NCBI GenBank assembly: GCA_963825995.1
Contig: CAWGVH010000006.1
Span: 325,965 to 389,964, forward strand
Origin: an uncultured Chloroflexia bacterium
GTDB lineage: Bacteria > Chloroflexota > Limnocylindria > Limnocylindrales > CSP1-4
Length of the DNA stretch: 64,000 bases
Direction of reading: 5' to 3'
A program made the position numbers and the translations under genes. Below, piece by piece: positions 60,360-64,000 of the stretch (position 1 is its first letter; every line of letters begins with the position of its first letter). The notes beneath the pieces were generated by a model. That model saw nothing but the letters and a program-made list of their open reading frames with translations. It searched no databases and was not told where the DNA came from.

Positions 60360-62189
60360 ATGCTGGTCGAGATCGCCGACCTGCTCGAGATCAAGGGCGA
60401 GTCGGCCTTCAAGGTGGGCGCCTACCGCCGCGCCGCGGAGTCGGTGGCCCGCAGCCCGCTGGACGTGGCGGCCGAGGTTCGGGCCGGCCGTGCACTCGAG
60501 CTGCGGGGAGTCGGGTCGAGCATCACCGAGCGTCTCAACGAGCTCGTCGCGAGCGGCCGCATCGCGTACCTCGACGCTCTCCGCGAGGGCGTGCCACCCA
60601 CGCTCCGTGATCTGCTGGCCATCCCGGGTGTCGGACCGCGTACCATCGGCGAGGCCTGGCGCGAGCTGGGCATCGCCACGCTCGGAGGCTTCGAAGCGGC
60701 CGCTCGGTCCGGCCGCCTGCGGGAGGTGCGTGGCCTCGGCGCGCGCAGCGAGGCACGCATCCTGGAGGCCATCGCCGAGGCGGCTCGTGGGCCGGCCCGG
60801 CGAATGTTGATCTCGGAGGCACGGGAGCTCGCGGGACGCATCGTGGAGCTCGTGGAGGCGTTGCCCGGCGTGCGCTCGGCGACGGTCTGCGGATCGGTGC
60901 GGCGGGGCTGCGAGACCGTCGGCGACATCGACGTGCTCGTCGAGACGGAGCAGCCGGACGCCGTCCTGGCAAGACTGGCGGCGACCCCGGCGCTGGAGCC
61001 GGGTCCCGTCGACGACCAGCCCGTCGGACACGTCCGGCTCAGCCTGCGCCTGCGTGATGGCCCTCAGCTGGACGTCATGACCATGCCGCCGGGCGCGGCC
61101 GGCAGCTATCTCGTGCACTTCACGGGGTCCGCCGCTCACAACGTGGCGCTGCGACATCGGGCCCGACGGCTGGGCTGGTCGCTCTCCGAGCACGGCCTGC
61201 TGGCCATCGGCGGAGGTGGCGTGAACCTGGGTGGCGAGGCGGGTGTGCCCGACGTCTCGCAACCCGGCATCGCCGGGCTGCGGACGTTCGCCAGCGAGGC
61301 CGATCTGTACGCCTGCCTTGGACTGGATGAGATCCCGCCTGAGCTGCGCGAGGGGCAGGGCGAGATCGAGGCGGCCGAGACGGGCAAGCTGCCGCGGCTC
61401 GTCCGGCTGGAGGACCTGCGCGGCGACTGCCACAGCCACTCGGACTGGTCGGATGGCCGAGAGCCGCTGGAGGTCATGGTCGGATCGGCCCGTGTGGCGG
61501 GGCGCCGCTACCAGGTCCTTACCGACCATTCACAGAGCCTGGGGATCGCCAACGGCCTGTCACCGGCGCGCGTCGAACAGCAGCGCCGGGTCATCGCCGA
61601 GCTCAACGAACGCTTCGCTCGGGAGCTGGCAGCCGATGAGCTGCCGTCGGGCGCCCACCCAGACGGCTTCCAGCTCCTGCACGGTTGCGAGCTGGAGATC
61701 ACCGCGGATGGCCGGCTCGACTATGACGACGCGCTCCTGGCACGCTTCGATGTCGTCGTGGCCTCCCTGCACGTGGGCCGGCGCCAGCCTCGCGAACGAC
61801 TCATGGCGCGCTACGAGCTGGCCATGCGCAGCCCTCACGTGGACATCATCAGCCATCCCTCCGGCCGCAAGATCGGCCAACGGCCCGACCTGGACCTCGA
61901 TTGGGAGGCTTTCTTCCGGTTGGCCGCTGAGACGGGCACGCTGCTCGAGATCAACGGCAGCGCGCCGCGCCTCGATCTGGCGGCGGAGCGCATCCGCGCG
62001 GCGCGCGAGGCAGGCTGTGGGTTCGTCATCTCATCGGACGCCCACGAGCGGTCCGAGTGGCGGCACCTCGACTTCGGCGTGGCCATGGCGAGGCGGGGTT
62101 GGCTGGAGGCCGATAGGGTCGCCAACTGCCTGCCCCTGGCAGAGTTCCTGGCGCTCATGCACGGCAAGCCGCATCGCCTGCCCGCCTGA
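60360..62189 (+). CDS. polX: DNA polymerase X family with C-terminal PHP phosphoesterase domain
   Basis: N-terminal HhH, Pol-beta-like GDIDVLV, PHP motifs GDCHSHSDWSDG and HVDIISHP. Confidence 0.85.
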   Translation: MLVEIADLLEIKGESAFKVGAYRRAAESVARSPLDVAAEVRAGRALELRGVGSSITERLNELVASGRIAYLDALREGVPPTLRDLLAIPGVGPRTIGEAWRELGIATLGGFEAAARSGRLREVRGLGARSEARILEAIAEAARGPARRMLISEARELAGRIVELVEALPGVRSATVCGSVRRGCETVGDIDVLVETEQPDAVLARLAATPALEPGPVDDQPVGHVRLSLRLRDGPQLDVMTMPPGAAGSYLVHFTGSAAHNVALRHRARRLGWSLSEHGLLAIGGGGVNLGGEAGVPDVSQPGIAGLRTFASEADLYACLGLDEIPPELREGQGEIEAAETGKLPRLVRLEDLRGDCHSHSDWSDGREPLEVMVGSARVAGRRYQVLTDHSQSLGIANGLSPARVEQQRRVIAELNERFARELAADELPSGAHPDGFQLLHGCELEITADGRLDYDDALLARFDVVVASLHVGRRQPRERLMARYELAMRSPHVDIISHPSGRKIGQRPDLDLDWEAFFRLAAETGTLLEINGSAPRLDLAAERIRAAREAGCGFVISSDAHERSEWRHLDFGVAMARRGWLEADRVANCLPLAEFLALMHGKPHRLPA

Positions 62190-62396
62190 GCACCTCCAGG
62201 CCCCCCGGGATGTCCCACCGGGTCGAGGCAGGCAGGAGCCGGGGCGGACATCGGCAGCCACGCTGCTGCGGTGCCCTGGCCGACCAGGTGGGCACCCTGG
62301 GACCGGGGTGGTACGATTCGGGCTCGCGTGGACGCGGCGGCGTCTGCCCGTGCCCGCAACCCGCCGGCACGTCGCCCCGCACAGATCCACCAACCC

Positions 62397-63365
<969 letters not shown>

Positions 63366-63466
63366 CCTCTCCGTTGGCGTTCCGCTTCGCCGCGTGGGCG
63401 CGGTCCGCAGGGTGCTGAGCGGCTCCGCTGCCGCTGCCGCCGTGCGCGGATAGACTGGGCGGGCAG

Positions 63467-64000
63467 ATGCCCGACCCGCAGAGGCTCCCCAGGAACTCCA
63501 TCGGCGCACCCCTGCTGCCCGCGCTCGAGCGGCTGGCAGCGGCCCCCGAGATGGCCTCGTTGGCCGCCCAGATCGCGACGCGAACCCGGGCCGGTGACGT
63601 GGTCCTCGAGCTGCATGGGCGCGGCGGCTGGGTCACGCGCAGCGCCATCGATCAGCTGCGCCGGGCCTTCGCGATCGAGACGTCGGCGCTCACGCGCCTG
63701 GTCGCTGAGGTCGTCCTGCGGCCGCCGGACCTGCGGCACCTTGATGCAGCCGTGTCGGCCATCGCCGTGGATGCGCGCGGCACCGAGGGCGGCCTGCGCC
63801 TGGCGATCGAGGCCAGCTACACCTCTCGCTGCCCGACATGCGGGGGCTCGGTCGTCGTCGACGAGTTCATCTGGGACGCTGAGGCCAGCGATCCCTCGCG
63901 CCGGTCGTTCCGCTGCCCTCGTTGTCGGGACAGCCGCGCTGACGGACGGCCCATCGCGGTCGACCCAGACGATCTCTATCGCGCCCGCTCGGTGGATGCC
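63467..64000 (+). CDS. hypothetical protein, 5' partial at window edge, with CxxC...CxxC zinc-ribbon (CPTCGG...CPRCRD)
   Basis: Open frame from the ATG at 63467 to the end of the window. TAGACT about 10 nt upstream. Not in the ORF track because it is unterminated. Confidence 0.35.
   Translation, partial: MPDPQRLPRNSIGAPLLPALERLAAAPEMASLAAQIATRTRAGDVVLELHGRGGWVTRSAIDQLRRAFAIETSALTRLVAEVVLRPPDLRHLDAAVSAIAVDARGTEGGLRLAIEASYTSRCPTCGGSVVVDEFIWDAEASDPSRRSFRCPRCRDSRADGRPIAVDPDDLYRARSVDA

Noticed and set aside
58776-61529. 917-aa minus-strand ORF spanning the GGDEF and PolX genes
   Set aside because: Antisense to two motif-supported genes. Composition not protein-like.
62190-62396. CCCGG-N9-CCGGG stem after polX as a terminator
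   Set aside because: Only a 5-bp stem with a long loop and no U-tract. Too weak to call.

Overview
High-GC (~70%) bacterial chromosome segment with very dense coding, mostly core metabolism. Gene content (LCP envelope protein, hom-thrC-thrB, PolX, many apparently leaderless genes) fits an actinobacterial or Chloroflexi-like lineage, but taxonomy cannot be fixed from sequence alone. Many long antisense or out-of-frame ORFs are GC artefacts and were rejected. Clear operons with 1-4 nt start/stop overlaps are: small TM ORF-apbE-ferric-reductase-like heme membrane protein; pth-mfd; moxR-VWA(coxE-like)-xdhC; padR-DUF1048-ABC ATPase-ABC-2 permease; apt-mtnA-like-GNAT-ahcY and metK; a sulfotransferase/GT4/GDP-mannose locus; metzincin-secreted partner; B12-riboswitch-btuFCD-like; GcvT-like plus two CrtI-like oxidoreductases; surE; trpS; hom-thrC-thrB-ask-birA; and an ECF sigma/anti-sigma-accD-accA-BCCP-like-accC-fabZ-MPP-fabF-accB-fabH-fabG-LCP block, followed by GGDEF, PolX, and a TPR protein with a poly-Asp tail. 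No rRNA, tRNA, CRISPR array, transposase or integrase was found. The main candidates for new biology are: (1) two tandem PAPS-type sulfotransferase-GT4 modules flanking manC next to PMM and PGI/PMI, i.e. a putative sulfated-mannoside glycoconjugate pathway; (2) a BCCP paralog lacking the biotinyl-lysine inside the acc operon; (3) an ECF-sigma-headed acc/fab super-operon containing a metallophosphoesterase; (4) an MtnA-like isomerase with a long N-terminal extension carrying a twin-arginine-like motif. Three conserved genes (sulfotransferase 2, AI-2E transporter, fabF) are each split across two frames, which points to assembly indels or genuine pseudogenes. Hand-derived motif coordinates may be off by 1-2 nt; CDS coordinates follow the supplied ORF track.
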